A DNA stretch of 64,000 nt from Syntrophorhabdaceae bacterium. GTDB lineage: Bacteria; Desulfobacterota; Syntrophorhabdia; Syntrophorhabdales; Syntrophorhabdaceae. The notes beneath the pieces were generated by a model. That model searched no databases and was not told the DNA's origin. It saw nothing but the letters and a program-made list of their open reading frames with translations. Of this stretch, positions 38,630 through 47,954 are shown in pieces. Position numbers and translations under genes: made by a program. Location of the stretch: positions 370,958-434,957 of the forward strand of contig CAXXUO010000003.1 of the NCBI GenBank assembly GCA_963666485.2. The letters are read 5' to 3'. Each line of letters opens with the position of its first letter. Within the stretch, counting starts at the first letter, position 1.

Positions 38630-39301
38630 TTATGCTCCCGGGTCAGAATAAACCCAGTACCCGCCATAAACCATGGTCATCAGCTTCGTCTGCCGGTCCC
38701 ACTCCTCATCCGTGAAGGGCTCCTTCCATAGCCCGGGAACGAAGTCGTACCGAATCCCGTACCGCAGCCGGTAATAGAGCCGCCTCGAGAACAGCTTCAC
38801 GGTATCCCACAGGTTGAACCCGGTATAGGTGCATTCCAGGAAGAGCGTGAACCCGTCCGGCCAGCACATGAGTCCGGGCCGAGCCGTGTATGGCATCTGT
38901 CCGGTCATCGGCAACCGGGCCAGGTTCTGCCGCATGTATGCCGCCTGGGCCCTCCAGTCGTCCGTGAGGGTGTCCTCGTTCCAAGGGTTGCCGTACTCTT
39001 CCCGGCGGTATCCCTCGACGTCATATATCACCCCGTCGAAGATCCCCATGTCGGCGAAGTGGAGGAGGTTTGTGACCCTCTCCTGGTATCCCTCAAACCC
39101 GGGACGCTGCCAGAGGAGGCTCAGGATGACCTTGATCCCGCGGGGCCGGTAGGTGTCACAGATCTCGACGATCTGGCTATGCGTCGGGAACCTGGGCCCC
39201 GGCTCGTCGTAGCCGAACCCGTTGATAATGAGGGTGTCATATTCCCGGGTTATCTCGTCGAGCCTCGGGATGTCAAAGGCGAGGAGGTAATAGCCCTTCA
39301 C
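38630..39301 (-). CDS. Phage hypothetical protein, possibly glycoside-hydrolase-like TIM barrel
   Basis: Start overlaps the spanin stop; GIKVILSL and FDGVIYDVEGY resemble GH18-type strands. Confidence 0.55.
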   Translation of the reverse strand: MKGYYLLAFDIPRLDEITREYDTLIINGFGYDEPGPRFPTHSQIVEICDTYRPRGIKVILSLLWQRPGFEGYQERVTNLLHFADMGIFDGVIYDVEGYRREEYGNPWNEDTLTDDWRAQAAYMRQNLARLPMTGQMPYTARPGLMCWPDGFTLFLECTYTGFNLWDTVKLFSRRLYYRLRYGIRYDFVPGLWKEPFTDEEWDRQTKLMTMVYGGYWVYSDPGA

Positions 39302-39552
39302 CGCAGGCCCTCGATGATTGCCTCGAGGTCCTTCTCCCGCGAGTCCTGGATCTTCTTGTTCAGGATGAAAAACTTCGCCCCTTCAGCATCGGTGCAGTAA
39401 AGATCCCCGACTACCTTCCAGACTACCGGCAGGTATTCACCTGCCGGGGGTAGGGGCGGGATTGTCGGTTTGACGTATTCCGTCTGTAACACCGGCTTTG
39501 TACAGGCTATTAAGCTCAGACAGAATATCACCACCGCCAACACATGTCGCAT
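39298..39552 (-). CDS. Outer-membrane spanin (Rz1-like lipoprotein)
   Basis: Lipobox LIAC, Pro-rich PTIPPLPPA, and overlap with the 3' end of the upstream TM/coiled-coil gene. Confidence 0.75.
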   Translation of the reverse strand: MRHVLAVVIFCLSLIACTKPVLQTEYVKPTIPPLPPAGEYLPVVWKVVGDLYCTDAEGAKFFILNKKIQDSREKDLEAIIEGLR

Positions 39553-39823
39553 TTGACGCTCCTTTGAGCTTTAAGATCCGCTCGAATTCTTTGATCAGTT
39601 TGTCCTTCCCGATAATCCGCGTAGTACAGGTCGAGGTCGCCTTCAGGATCTCTTCCTTCTGCGCCTGGATTGTCATACGGTCTTTCGCATGAGCCTCCTG
39701 CTCGACCTTGAGTTCTACCCTCGCCACCTTCACCTGGGCGTCTTTATACTTCCACATCCCGCCCGCCCCGAGTATCATGGGGACAAGGATAATAATTGCC
39801 CACTTAATCGCGAATGCTTGCAT
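39437..39823 (-). CDS. Inner-membrane spanin (Rz-like)
   Basis: From ATG 39823 (AGGAG RBS): one N-terminal TM followed by a coiled coil; lies downstream of endolysin and holin. Confidence 0.7.
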   Translation of the reverse strand: MQAFAIKWAIIILVPMILGAGGMWKYKDAQVKVARVELKVEQEAHAKDRMTIQAQKEEILKATSTCTTRIIGKDKLIKEFERILKLKGASNATCVGGGDILSELNSLYKAGVTDGIRQTDNPAPTPGR

Positions 39824-40058
39824 CTGGCACCGCTCCTTTCTGGTTGTAGTACGTCTGGGCCACGTAGGACCCTTGTTTAATCCCGTAGATCGCGGCCACA
39901 ATCGAGGCGAACTCGAAGCCGGTGACCGGCAGCGTGCGCTTCAAAACAAACGCCGCTATCATAAGCCCTGAATAGATCACGACCATGAAGAAGATACAGA
40001 CGGACCCGAGGGACAACTCCCCCGTCGGCGTGAGGAGGGATTTAAAGAATGTTCTCAT
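39804..40058 (-). CDS. Putative holin (2 TM)
   Basis: 84 aa, two hydrophobic segments and a charged C-terminus; sits between endolysin and spanins. Confidence 0.65.
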   Translation of the reverse strand: MRTFFKSLLTPTGELSLGSVCIFFMVVIYSGLMIAAFVLKRTLPVTGFEFASIVAAIYGIKQGSYVAQTYYNQKGAVPDASIRD

Positions 40059-40494
40059 CAAGCGGGGCCATGCCCCTCGCCTCCCAGTCACGGACGTCGA
40101 ACCCGGGGCAGGTCTTCAGCCATTCCCACGGTTCGATGATGCCGTCGCCGTTCTTGTCCGGGCTGAAGTCCCGATGCCCATACCACTGGGCCATGGGGAA
40201 GCGGGTGCTCAGATCGTCGTGGAGGGTGGCCAGGGACTGCCATTGTTCTTGGGTGAACCTGTCCGTCCCTATCATGCAGATCCCGATGGTCTTCGCGTTC
40301 GCCCCCTCGACATGGGCTCCGATCTCTTCGACCGGGCGGCCTATCTCGATCGTGCCGTCAAGGTCGATGACGAAGTGATACCCTATCTTCTTCCACCCGC
40401 GTTGTTTGTGCCACTGGTCGATGTCCGAGGCGAAGAAGGCCTGTCCGTTCGGGGTGGCCGAGCAGTGGACCACTATTGCTTTGATCTCCCTCAT
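40042..40494 (-). CDS. Endolysin, N-acetylmuramoyl-L-alanine amidase (T7 lysozyme-like)
   Basis: IVVHCSAT, IGYHFVI, GAHVEG, GHRD and KTCPGF Zn-amidase motifs. Confidence 0.95.
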   Translation of the reverse strand: MREIKAIVVHCSATPNGQAFFASDIDQWHKQRGWKKIGYHFVIDLDGTIEIGRPVEEIGAHVEGANAKTIGICMIGTDRFTQEQWQSLATLHDDLSTRFPMAQWYGHRDFSPDKNGDGIIEPWEWLKTCPGFDVRDWEARGMAPLDENIL

Positions 40495-40637
40495 TTCTTA
40501 TCTCCCTTGAACTTACCGATGATATCGACGGCCTTGTCCTCATCATCCTTAAACCGGGCGGTATTGTTCCGGTAGCAGAGGAACCCAATCCCGAAGCCTA
40601 TAATGCAGCCGAGCAGAAATGCCATTGCTACGAACAT
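40491..40637 (-). CDS. Small single-TM phage protein (48 aa)
   Basis: Below the ORF-track cutoff: MFVAMAFLLGCIIGFGIGFLCYRNNTARFKDDEDKAVDIIGKFKGDKK; G-rich RBS; stop overlaps the amidase ATG. Confidence 0.7.
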   Translation of the reverse strand: MFVAMAFLLGCIIGFGIGFLCYRNNTARFKDDEDKAVDIIGKFKGDKK

Positions 40638-40645
40638 GATCCCCC

Positions 40646-41041
40646 CTATTTTTTATTGTTCTTGCTGTTCTCGATCATACCCTTGAGAATGATGTTGTTA
40701 TCCTGGCTAACCTGGAACTGGATTGCCATGCGCCTCTCAAGTTCCATCAGGTCTGATTTTTTGCTCGTCTGGTTCACGGCCAGGGTCACTATCGTCCCGA
40801 TCAGGGTCATAATAATGGTGACCGCCGTGACGATCAGGTAGTTCTTGGCGCTATGGAAGCAGCCATTCATGCTGTCCTTGAGTTCGGTTAATTTATCCTG
40901 GGCCACGTCGAGCCGCTCGTGGATCCTGATGATCTGGCCCTCGTTAGTCTGGTGCTGCACCTCACAATGCTCCCTGAACCTCTGAAGTTCTTCGCTCAAT
41001 GTATCATGCCTCTCATCGCAGAGTTTCTCGTCGACCACCAT
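40646..41041 (-). CDS. Phage membrane protein (coiled coil + TM), possibly holin/antiholin-associated
   Basis: CDERH coiled coil then one TM; AGGAGG RBS; first gene of the lysis block. Confidence 0.65.
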   Translation of the reverse strand: MVVDEKLCDERHDTLSEELQRFREHCEVQHQTNEGQIIRIHERLDVAQDKLTELKDSMNGCFHSAKNYLIVTAVTIIMTLIGTIVTLAVNQTSKKSDLMELERRMAIQFQVSQDNNIILKGMIENSKNNKK

Positions 41042-41061
41042 GCACCTCCTGGGAAAAGGTA

Positions 41062-41084
41062 AAGGGCGGAGGTTGTCCGCCCTT
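41062..41084 (-). terminator. Possible intrinsic terminator between virion and lysis genes
   Basis: AAGGGCGGA-5 nt-TCCGCCCTT; the minus-strand transcript continues with TACCTTTT. Confidence 0.55.
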
Positions 41085-41092
41085 CCATGTCA

Positions 41093-41755
41093 TTATGCCG
41101 GAATCTCTTCCCAGGTGATGCTGTAGCCGCCGACCATGGTCGTACCCTGAGCTGCCCATGACGGGACCCAGAGGGAGTTCGGAGGCAGGACGATGTCGCC
41201 ATCGATGAGATCCATGAAAGCGACGCCGCCGAGGTTGGCATAGGTGCCGGCCGTGATGTTAAGGCCCATCAGCCTAATGCCGCGGGTTGCGCCGCCACCC
41301 GTCAGGGCCGAGCCGGTGACGTGGGTGAGGTAGCCGGCCTTGCCAGCGTATGTACTTATCCCGGCATTGTGGTTGCCGACGTAGGACGTTACAGCGAGGG
41401 CTGGGGTGATAGTCGGGGCTATTGACGCAACGGAGTGCCAGAGACCAGAGATAGGCGAGGTGCCGGATGTGATGTTCAAGGAGAACTTGAGGAGAGACAG
41501 GTTGACGCCCGATCCTGCCGGGTTCCACAATGCAAACTGGGTGGATGCGGCAGCTGCCGCGCCGAGGATGTTGCCGGCGGAGATGTTCGTGGTCGTGGCC
41601 GACATGATGAGCGTGTAGATCCTACCTGCGAGCGCCGATTCGTGGAATTTACCCTGGGCCTGCGCGACCATGAGGGCGCCTTCAATGTTTGTTCTCAGGG
41701 GAGCCTGGACTCCCGATCCTATTTTGATAAGTCCTGATTTACCTTCTGCTAACAT
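41093..41755 (-). CDS. Putative phage virion protein (beta-rich)
   Basis: Ala/Gly/Thr-rich, LWNPAGSGVNL motif, ends ITWEEIPA; located upstream of lysis genes. Confidence 0.55.
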   Translation of the reverse strand: MLAEGKSGLIKIGSGVQAPLRTNIEGALMVAQAQGKFHESALAGRIYTLIMSATTTNISAGNILGAAAAASTQFALWNPAGSGVNLSLLKFSLNITSGTSPISGLWHSVASIAPTITPALAVTSYVGNHNAGISTYAGKAGYLTHVTGSALTGGGATRGIRLMGLNITAGTYANLGGVAFMDLIDGDIVLPPNSLWVPSWAAQGTTMVGGYSITWEEIPA

Positions 41756-41769
41756 GATATGCCTCCTGA

Positions 41770-41955
41770 TTATTGGATTACTTGTGATAGTGCGAAGGTC
41801 AAGGAAAGGTCCTCGACCCAGTTCGACCCGTCATGGATCCACTTCTGTCCCGTATTGACCTCGTAAAAGGTGCTGCCTGGGAAGACTCCGGTTGGTTTTG
41901 TGTCTGAAGATAGGCCGATGAAGTGTTCTGCCGATTCAGTGCTTCGGACCGCCAT
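41770..41955 (-). CDS. Small phage protein, tail-fibre/whisker-like motif
   Basis: GLSSDTKPT..GSTFYEVNTGQKWIHDGSNW; start placed after GGAGG. Confidence 0.6.
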   Translation of the reverse strand: MAVRSTESAEHFIGLSSDTKPTGVFPGSTFYEVNTGQKWIHDGSNWVEDLSLTFALSQVIQ

Positions 41956-42084
41956 TCTCTTACCTCCCTCGGGCCGATAAAAGAAAGGCCCGACTGTTTG
42001 TATCAGCCGGGCCAAATGGTCCTCGTCCTGATTGTGGACTGCTATCTACTTTCTATTATACTTAACCGCAAAAACCTGTCAAGT

Positions 42085-43245
42085 TTATTCCTCGTCGTCG
42101 GCGCGGTCCCGGGACAAACGGTACCTCTCCGACTTCGACAGCTTGTGGAGGTTCCTGCCCTGGTCCCTGATGCTGCTATACTTCATGAACGGCACAAGGC
42201 CCGTCAGGTCGGCGTCCCGGATCGACTGGTTGTATTCCATCTGGGCCTGCATGAGCTTCGTCATCCCGGCGGTGCTCCGGCCTGGATCAGCGAAATATGC
42301 CCGGGCCTGCTTATAGATGTTGTCCCTTTTGTTCTCGAAGGTCTTCACCAGGTCGCGGTGTTCCTGGCGCCTCTCTGTGAGGACCGCCTGTTCACTCGGC
42401 CTGAATCCTGCCGCCCTGAGAGCTGCCTGAGCGGGATTGAGTTTCACCAGCCTGCCGGAGTCGTTGATAAGCGGATGGCCGCTCTCCGAGAAAACACCGT
42501 GGTTCTTTTCACGCTCCGACCTTAAGATGTTGGAGACGCCTGTGGGAAGCATCTTCTCTGCTGCCCGCCCCCGGTTGTCCTGTCAGTGCGAATTCCCCTG
42601 CCTTCCAGAAGTCGACAGGGATGCTGCCCGCGGGCGCCGGTTACTTCCCATATGGTCCTTCGGGATGCCGACGCCGATAGACAGGGACCCACTGATATCG
42701 ATGCCGGCAAGGCCCGTTTACCCCGTGGCGTGCGGCGAGTTCTGCCCTTGGCGCCGAAGCGGTGTCTGATCGAATCGTAGATCACCTTCTCGAGCGGCTG
42801 CTTGCCGTAACCGAGGAGCTTCCGGATAATGTCGATGAACCCGAACATCAAATCCTTCAGCGGCCAGGCTGATCCGCCGGCGAGGATGAGGGGAGAGAGG
42901 AAGCCCCAGAAGAAGGCCTTCATGTCGTGCTTTTTGAAGCCTAGGTCATACATCATCTGCAGGTAATTATGCCCGAACTTGCCGTAGACGTACATCATCT
43001 GGCCTGCCTTTGCAGCGACGTTCCCACCCTGGGCCCAGGCGGGCAACGTAGAGCGCCCGTAAAGCCCGTGCGCTTTGTTTGACGCATCGATCGCAGTCTC
43101 GTAGGGCCTGCTGGTTATCCTTGCCTGTTGCCTTCGCCAGGCGGTATCCTGCGAGCATCGTGGCGGTCCGGTTGAACCTCTTCGGTCTTGCCGAACATCC
43201 ACATGGCCGCGGCCATTGCCTTCGACCAGAGCCGTTTGTGGATCT
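42085..43245 (-). pseudogene. C-terminal fragment of a large phage protein, multiply frameshifted and 5'-truncated
   Basis: Contiguous protein-like segments in shifting frames: KIHKRLWSKAMAAAMWMFGKTEE / FNRTATMLAGYRLAKA / AIDASNKAHGLYGRSTLP...LEKVIYDSIR / LAGIDISGSLSIG / LPTGVSNILR...RADDEE. Confidence 0.7.
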
Positions 43246-43820
43246 TGTTTCAAACCAATGAGGTCAATCAAGGGCATTATTCGCGCAATGCCCTTTGGAT
43301 TCATTCCGTGGCCGTGGCCAGTTGCGGCAAACTCATCGCCCGCCGGGAGTTGCGCCATAACGGGAATGAAGTTTATACGGCGGGACTGCTCCATGACATT
43401 GGACTTATTGTCATCGACCAGTTTCTCCGGAGTGAATTCCTGACCATGATCAAGTCCATGGAACACCAGGGTCTCGAAATCTGGCAGGCCGAAAAGAACG
43501 CTTTCCCGTTCTGCCACGATGAGATCGGCGGTCTCCTTCTCAAAGAATGGAATTTTCCTGATAAATTGAGTCTGGCCGTCTTGCAGGCGGAAAGACCCAC
43601 GGAACCCCAGATCGATGAGCAGGAAGAAACGACCGTACTCCATATTGCCCATTACTGTTGCCAGGAGCGAAATATGGGCTATCGCGAACCGATATCCTAC
43701 GATCCCCTTTTATATCAGCGCTGCCTGAAAAGGTTAGGTATTGAAGAACGGGCAATGGAGTTCATCATGGACGATGTAGAAGAGCAGATTCGTCAAATGG
43801 TGGCAAATGGCTGGTTCTAG
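43246..43820 (+). CDS. HDOD-domain protein, 5'-truncated at the junction
   Basis: LWIHSVAVA, TAGLLHDIG, HDEIGG..WNFP; the N-terminal half of the HDOD domain is missing. Confidence 0.8.
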
Positions 43821-45267
43821 ACTGGAGCATGATCGCGATGATCCGAAGAAAGGCCGGGATCTGATGAAAAAGATCCGGGATATGGAGATTCGCCTGCGCC
43901 ATGTTGAAAATGAATATCACCTTTCTGAGGAAGAGTCCCGGAAAGCCACCCTCCGCTACATCGAGATCATGGAGGAGTTGAGACGGAAAAATGAAACCCT
44001 AGAGTCATTGAAAAACGAACTGGAAGAACGCGTCAAGATCCGAACCTCCTCTCTGGAAGCTTCCTACAGAGCCCTGACGGAAGAAATTGAGAAAAACAAA
44101 GCCATCCAGAAAGAACTGCGGGAAAAAGACAAAAAACTGCTGTATGCCCAGAAGATGGAAGCGGTCGGGACCCTGGCGGGGGGCATCGCCCATGATTTCA
44201 ACAATCTGCTGATGTGCGTTCAGGGGAATATCTCCCTGATTCTCCTGGGTCTGGACTCCGCCCATAATCATTACGACAAAGTAAAAAACATCGAAGAACA
44301 GGTTAAAAGCGGTGTTTCTCTGACACGGCAGTTGCTTAATTTTGCCGTTCCACGAGAGCAGGAGTTTGTCCCCCTCGATATTAATGAAATCATTAGTAAA
44401 ACGTCCGCCATGTTTGGGCGTACCCGCAAGGAACTGGTCATCGAAAAGTTTCTGGAACATGATCTGGGATCGGTCAAAGCCGATAAGGGGCAAATTGAGC
44501 AGGTGTTGTTGAATCTTTATGTCAATGCTTCTCAGGCGATGCCCGGCGGCGGGTGTTTGATTCTGAAAACGGAGAGTGTCGACCTGACAGCCGAAGAAGC
44601 CCGTACATATTTTGTCCAGGAGGGAACCTATGCCCGAATTTCCGTTATCGATAACGGTGTCGGCATGGATGAAAAAACCCGGGAAAGAATCTTTGACCCC
44701 TTCTTTACAACCAAAGAAATGGGGCGAGGTTATGGGTTAGGACTTGCTTCCGTTTATGGAATCATCAAAGGGCACCATGGTTTCGTGGAGGTACAGAGCC
44801 AGAAAGGCAAGGGGTCTACTTTCGTCCTTTATCTTCCCAAATCGTCAGGTATTTCCGAGAAACAGGAAACTCCGTTTCGTGATGAAATACTGCACGGTCA
44901 GGAAACCATTCTCTTTGTTGATGATGAATTAACCATCATCGAAGTCATGCAGGATATCCTGGAGGCCCTCGGTTATCGGGTGCTGACCGCCGGCAGTGGA
45001 GAAGAGGCTGTTAATATTTATGATGCGAAGAAGGAAGAGATTGATCTGGTTATCCTGGATGTGATCATGCCGGGGATGGGCGGTAAAGAAACTTTCAATG
45101 CTCTGCGGGAGCGCAATCCTCATGTAAAGGTTATTCTCAGCAGCGGTTACAGCATGAATCAGGTAGCCAAGGAAATCATGGACAAGGGAGGGCAGGCTTT
45201 TATTCAGAAGCCTTTTAATATTGAAACGATATCCCAAAAGGTCCGGGACGTTCTGCAATCCGTCTAG
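43807..45267 (+). CDS. Hybrid histidine kinase/response regulator (cytoplasmic, coiled-coil N-terminus)
   Basis: [41 protein letters not shown] and a C-terminal receiver. Confidence 0.93.
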   Translation: MAGSRLEHDRDDPKKGRDLMKKIRDMEIRLRHVENEYHLSEEESRKATLRYIEIMEELRRKNETLESLKNELEERVKIRTSSLEASYRALTEEIEKNKAIQKELREKDKKLLYAQKMEAVGTLAGGIAHDFNNLLMCVQGNISLILLGLDSAHNHYDKVKNIEEQVKSGVSLTRQLLNFAVPREQEFVPLDINEIISKTSAMFGRTRKELVIEKFLEHDLGSVKADKGQIEQVLLNLYVNASQAMPGGGCLILKTESVDLTAEEARTYFVQEGTYARISVIDNGVGMDEKTRERIFDPFFTTKEMGRGYGLGLASVYGIIKGHHGFVEVQSQKGKGSTFVLYLPKSSGISEKQETPFRDEILHGQETILFVDDELTIIEVMQDILEALGYRVLTAGSGEEAVNIYDAKKEEIDLVILDVIMPGMGGKETFNALRERNPHVKVILSSGYSMNQVAKEIMDKGGQAFIQKPFNIETISQKVRDVLQSV

Positions 45268-45279
45268 GTAACAGGTCGG

Positions 45280-46659
45280 TTACTCTCCCAGATGAAAACG
45301 TTTGAGTTTTTCTACCAGCGTTGTCCGGTTCAAACCGAGCAACTTGGCCGCCTTATTCTTGACGCCGCTGCTCCGCTCCAGTGCTTTGACCAGCAGATCT
45401 TTTTCAAATTGCGTGACTGCTGCATTGTAGTCAAATCCTTCTTCCGGCAGATCCGGTGAGTTCAGTACCCCTTCGGTTCGGTTCTGGTTGCGGAACTTGG
45501 CGGGAAGATCCTCCAAACCGATTTCATCATGAGATTTCATGACCACCAGCATTTCCATCAGGTTTTGTAACTCGCGTACATTTCCAGGCCAGGGATATTG
45601 CAACAGGTGAGCCATGGCCTCCTGGGAGATACTGCCGGGATGCTTGCCTTTTTTGGCGCTGATTTCCTGAAGAAAATGATTGGCCAGAATAGCGATGTCC
45701 GGTCCTCGTTCCCGTAGCGGGGGGAGATAAATAGGGATGACATTGATCCGGTAATAAAGATCCTCACGGAACCGTTTTTCCTCCACGGCTTTTTCCAGAT
45801 TCTGGTGTGTGGCGGCAATGATGCGGACATCGGCTTCAAAGGTTTTCATGCCTCCGATGCGTTCAAACTGTTTTTCCTGAATGGCCCGGAGGACTTTGAC
45901 TTGAAGGGCGGGACTCATATCTCCGATTTCATCGAGAAAGAGGGTGCCTCCCTGAGCCAATTCGAATCTGCCGGAGCGGCTGCGGATGGCGCCGGTGAAG
46001 GCGCCCTTTTCATGACCGAACAGCTCGCTTTCCAGAAGATCTTCCGGAATTGCGCCACAGTTAACCGGAACCAGCGGCTTGTCCCGCCGTGGGCTGTTAA
46101 AATGGATGGCCTTGGCGACCAACTCTTTCCCGGTGCCGCTTTCTCCGTAAATCAGAACGGTACTGTCCGAATCGGCAACCTTTTCAATAGTGCCGAATAC
46201 CTTTTTCATGCAGTCGCTGTAACCCAGGAGTTTCCCCAGATCATACTTTTCCTTCAGGTGATCGCGCAGATGAACATTTTCTGCTTTGAGCTGTGCATAG
46301 GACACGGCACGCTGGACGGTAATTTTGACCAGGTCGTCCTTGAGTGGTTTGGAGATAAAGTCGAAGGCTCCCAGTTTCATCGCTTCTACGGCGTTGCTGA
46401 CCGTACCGTAACCGGTAATAATGATCACCACGTGATCCGGTGTCATTTCTTTGGTGAACCGCAGGAGTTCCAATCCGTCCACGTGGGGCATCTGCAAGTC
46501 AGTGAGGGTGATATCGTAATGGTCTTCCAGAAAAGCCTTCATCGCTTCCCGGCCATCCTCTACTGCCTTGACCTCGTGTCCGCTGGAGATCATGAGTTCA
46601 GAGAGATTCTGCCTACTGAGTTCATTGTCCTCGACGATGAGAATTTTGGCTTTTTTCAT
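45280..46659 (-). CDS. Sigma54-dependent response regulator (NtrC family)
   Basis: Receiver, [22 protein letters not shown] and Fis HTH (NRTTLVEKLKR). Confidence 0.95.
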   Translation of the reverse strand: MKKAKILIVEDNELSRQNLSELMISSGHEVKAVEDGREAMKAFLEDHYDITLTDLQMPHVDGLELLRFTKEMTPDHVVIIITGYGTVSNAVEAMKLGAFDFISKPLKDDLVKITVQRAVSYAQLKAENVHLRDHLKEKYDLGKLLGYSDCMKKVFGTIEKVADSDSTVLIYGESGTGKELVAKAIHFNSPRRDKPLVPVNCGAIPEDLLESELFGHEKGAFTGAIRSRSGRFELAQGGTLFLDEIGDMSPALQVKVLRAIQEKQFERIGGMKTFEADVRIIAATHQNLEKAVEEKRFREDLYYRINVIPIYLPPLRERGPDIAILANHFLQEISAKKGKHPGSISQEAMAHLLQYPWPGNVRELQNLMEMLVVMKSHDEIGLEDLPAKFRNQNRTEGVLNSPDLPEEGFDYNAAVTQFEKDLLVKALERSSGVKNKAAKLLGLNRTTLVEKLKRFHLGE

Positions 46660-46757
46660 GCAGTGTTTCCTTGGTGGAAAGCATTCATAAATGTAACAGA
46701 CGCAACAAATCGTCTGTCCTGATTTACGCGTGCATATTACTAAAATATTGAGAAAAA

Positions 46758-46789
46758 AGTGTAAAGTTTTTTCTTTACACTGCCGATAG
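46758..46789 (+). promoter_or_regulatory. Sigma28 (FliA)-type promoter overlapped by a 9-bp inverted repeat
   Basis: TAAAGTTT-12 nt-GCCGATAG upstream of cheW; AGTGTAAAG-TTTTTT-CTTTACACT. Confidence 0.7.
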
Positions 46790-46924
46790 ATTAATTATCG
46801 TTACATTTGATTAGATGGTAACAAGAGAAAAGCATCTACGCCGCATAACTAATTGTAAACAAATAACTATTATATAGTCCCCTGGAAAAAGAAGAGGAAT
46901 CACCTACAAACAGCGAGGTAAAAA

Positions 46925-47443
46925 ATGAAAGACACAAACGAAATCGTTGCTCAGGTCAGAAGCGCCGGCTCGGATCGCGAAGGAAAGTATCTGACGTTTT
47001 CCCTGGCAGGGGAAGAATACGGCATCGGTATTCTCAAGGTGAAGGAAATTATCGGCATGATGCCCATCACGCATGTTCCGCAAACACCGGAGTATGTCAA
47101 GGGAGTTGTCAATCTGAGGGGGAAAGTGATTCCTGTTGTAGATTTGCGGCTCAAATTTGGTATCGAACCCATCGAATATTCTGAACGGACCTGCATTATT
47201 GTTGTTGAAATTACTGGCAAATCTAAGACTGTTGCCATGGGTATTGTTGTGGATTCCGTTTCTGAAGTTCTCAATATCAAAGGCGGCGATATTGAAGACA
47301 CCCCTTCTTTCGGCACAAAATTGAAGACGGAATTTATTCTCGGTATGGCCAAAACCGGATCAAGCGTCAAAATCCTGTTGGATATTGATCTCGTTCTGGC
47401 AGATGAGGAAGTCAATGCGATCGAAGAGACCATCGCCACCTGA
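46925..47443 (+). CDS. cheW: Chemotaxis protein CheW
   Basis: KYLTF..EEYGI, GVVNLRGKVIPVVDLR and GIVVDSVSEV. Confidence 0.96.
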   Translation: MKDTNEIVAQVRSAGSDREGKYLTFSLAGEEYGIGILKVKEIIGMMPITHVPQTPEYVKGVVNLRGKVIPVVDLRLKFGIEPIEYSERTCIIVVEITGKSKTVAMGIVVDSVSEVLNIKGGDIEDTPSFGTKLKTEFILGMAKTGSSVKILLDIDLVLADEEVNAIEETIAT

Positions 47444-47548
47444 TCGTCGGACCTCAGGAATCAGTACCATGACCTGCAATGCCGTGGGAATAGCTGGCGC
47501 GGCAGGTAACTGCCATAAAAGTGAGAAGATCGACAAGGCCTGAATATT

Positions 47549-47815
47549 ATGGAAAAAACGTTTTATTCGACATCCGAGGTTGCTGCATTATTTGGAATCA
47601 GCCGGGTTACCGTATATCGCTGGGTGAAGGACGGCAAAATCCAGGCCTATGGTTTGGGTAAGAACCTGAAGATTCCTTTCTTTGAAATCAAGCGGCTGCT
47701 GCAGGATTTCGGCATGACCGATATGTCGTCTACTGAAATTGATAAGCTGCTCAAGGAGCATGGCATCCTGGACATCATTCAGGCGATGGCAAAGGACGGC
47801 AAGGCTGATTTATAA
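47549..47815 (+). CDS. Excisionase/MerR-like helix-turn-helix protein
   Basis: FYSTSEVAALFGISRVTVYRWVKDGKI. Confidence 0.85.
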   Translation: MEKTFYSTSEVAALFGISRVTVYRWVKDGKIQAYGLGKNLKIPFFEIKRLLQDFGMTDMSSTEIDKLLKEHGILDIIQAMAKDGKADL

Positions 47816-47954
47816 TGGCTGGCGGGGCCATTCCGAAACCCCTGTAACACGCTGAACTTGAGTCAATGGGAATATTCTGTGTGACGAATGGTTCACATTT
47901 TGCTTTTATAAAGTGTACAGCAACGGCGCGATTTTTTCTATAAAAGGTTAATTA

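Larger units (their letters stand above)
38403..43245 (-). mobile_element. Prophage end (lysis module and late genes), truncated on the right
   Basis: Bounded by the tRNA fragment; compact co-oriented minus-strand genes including amidase, holin and spanins; looks more GC-rich than the flanks. Confidence 0.85.

Noticed and set aside
42522..43652. 376-aa minus-strand ORF as a real gene
   Set aside because: Its N-terminal part is the antisense of the HDOD gene and only the middle is phage protein; it arises from the junction and frameshifts.
47549..47815. Prophage excisionase marking the other phage end
   Set aside because: No integrase, tRNA or att copy nearby; it sits inside a chemotaxis operon, and this HTH family includes ordinary regulators.
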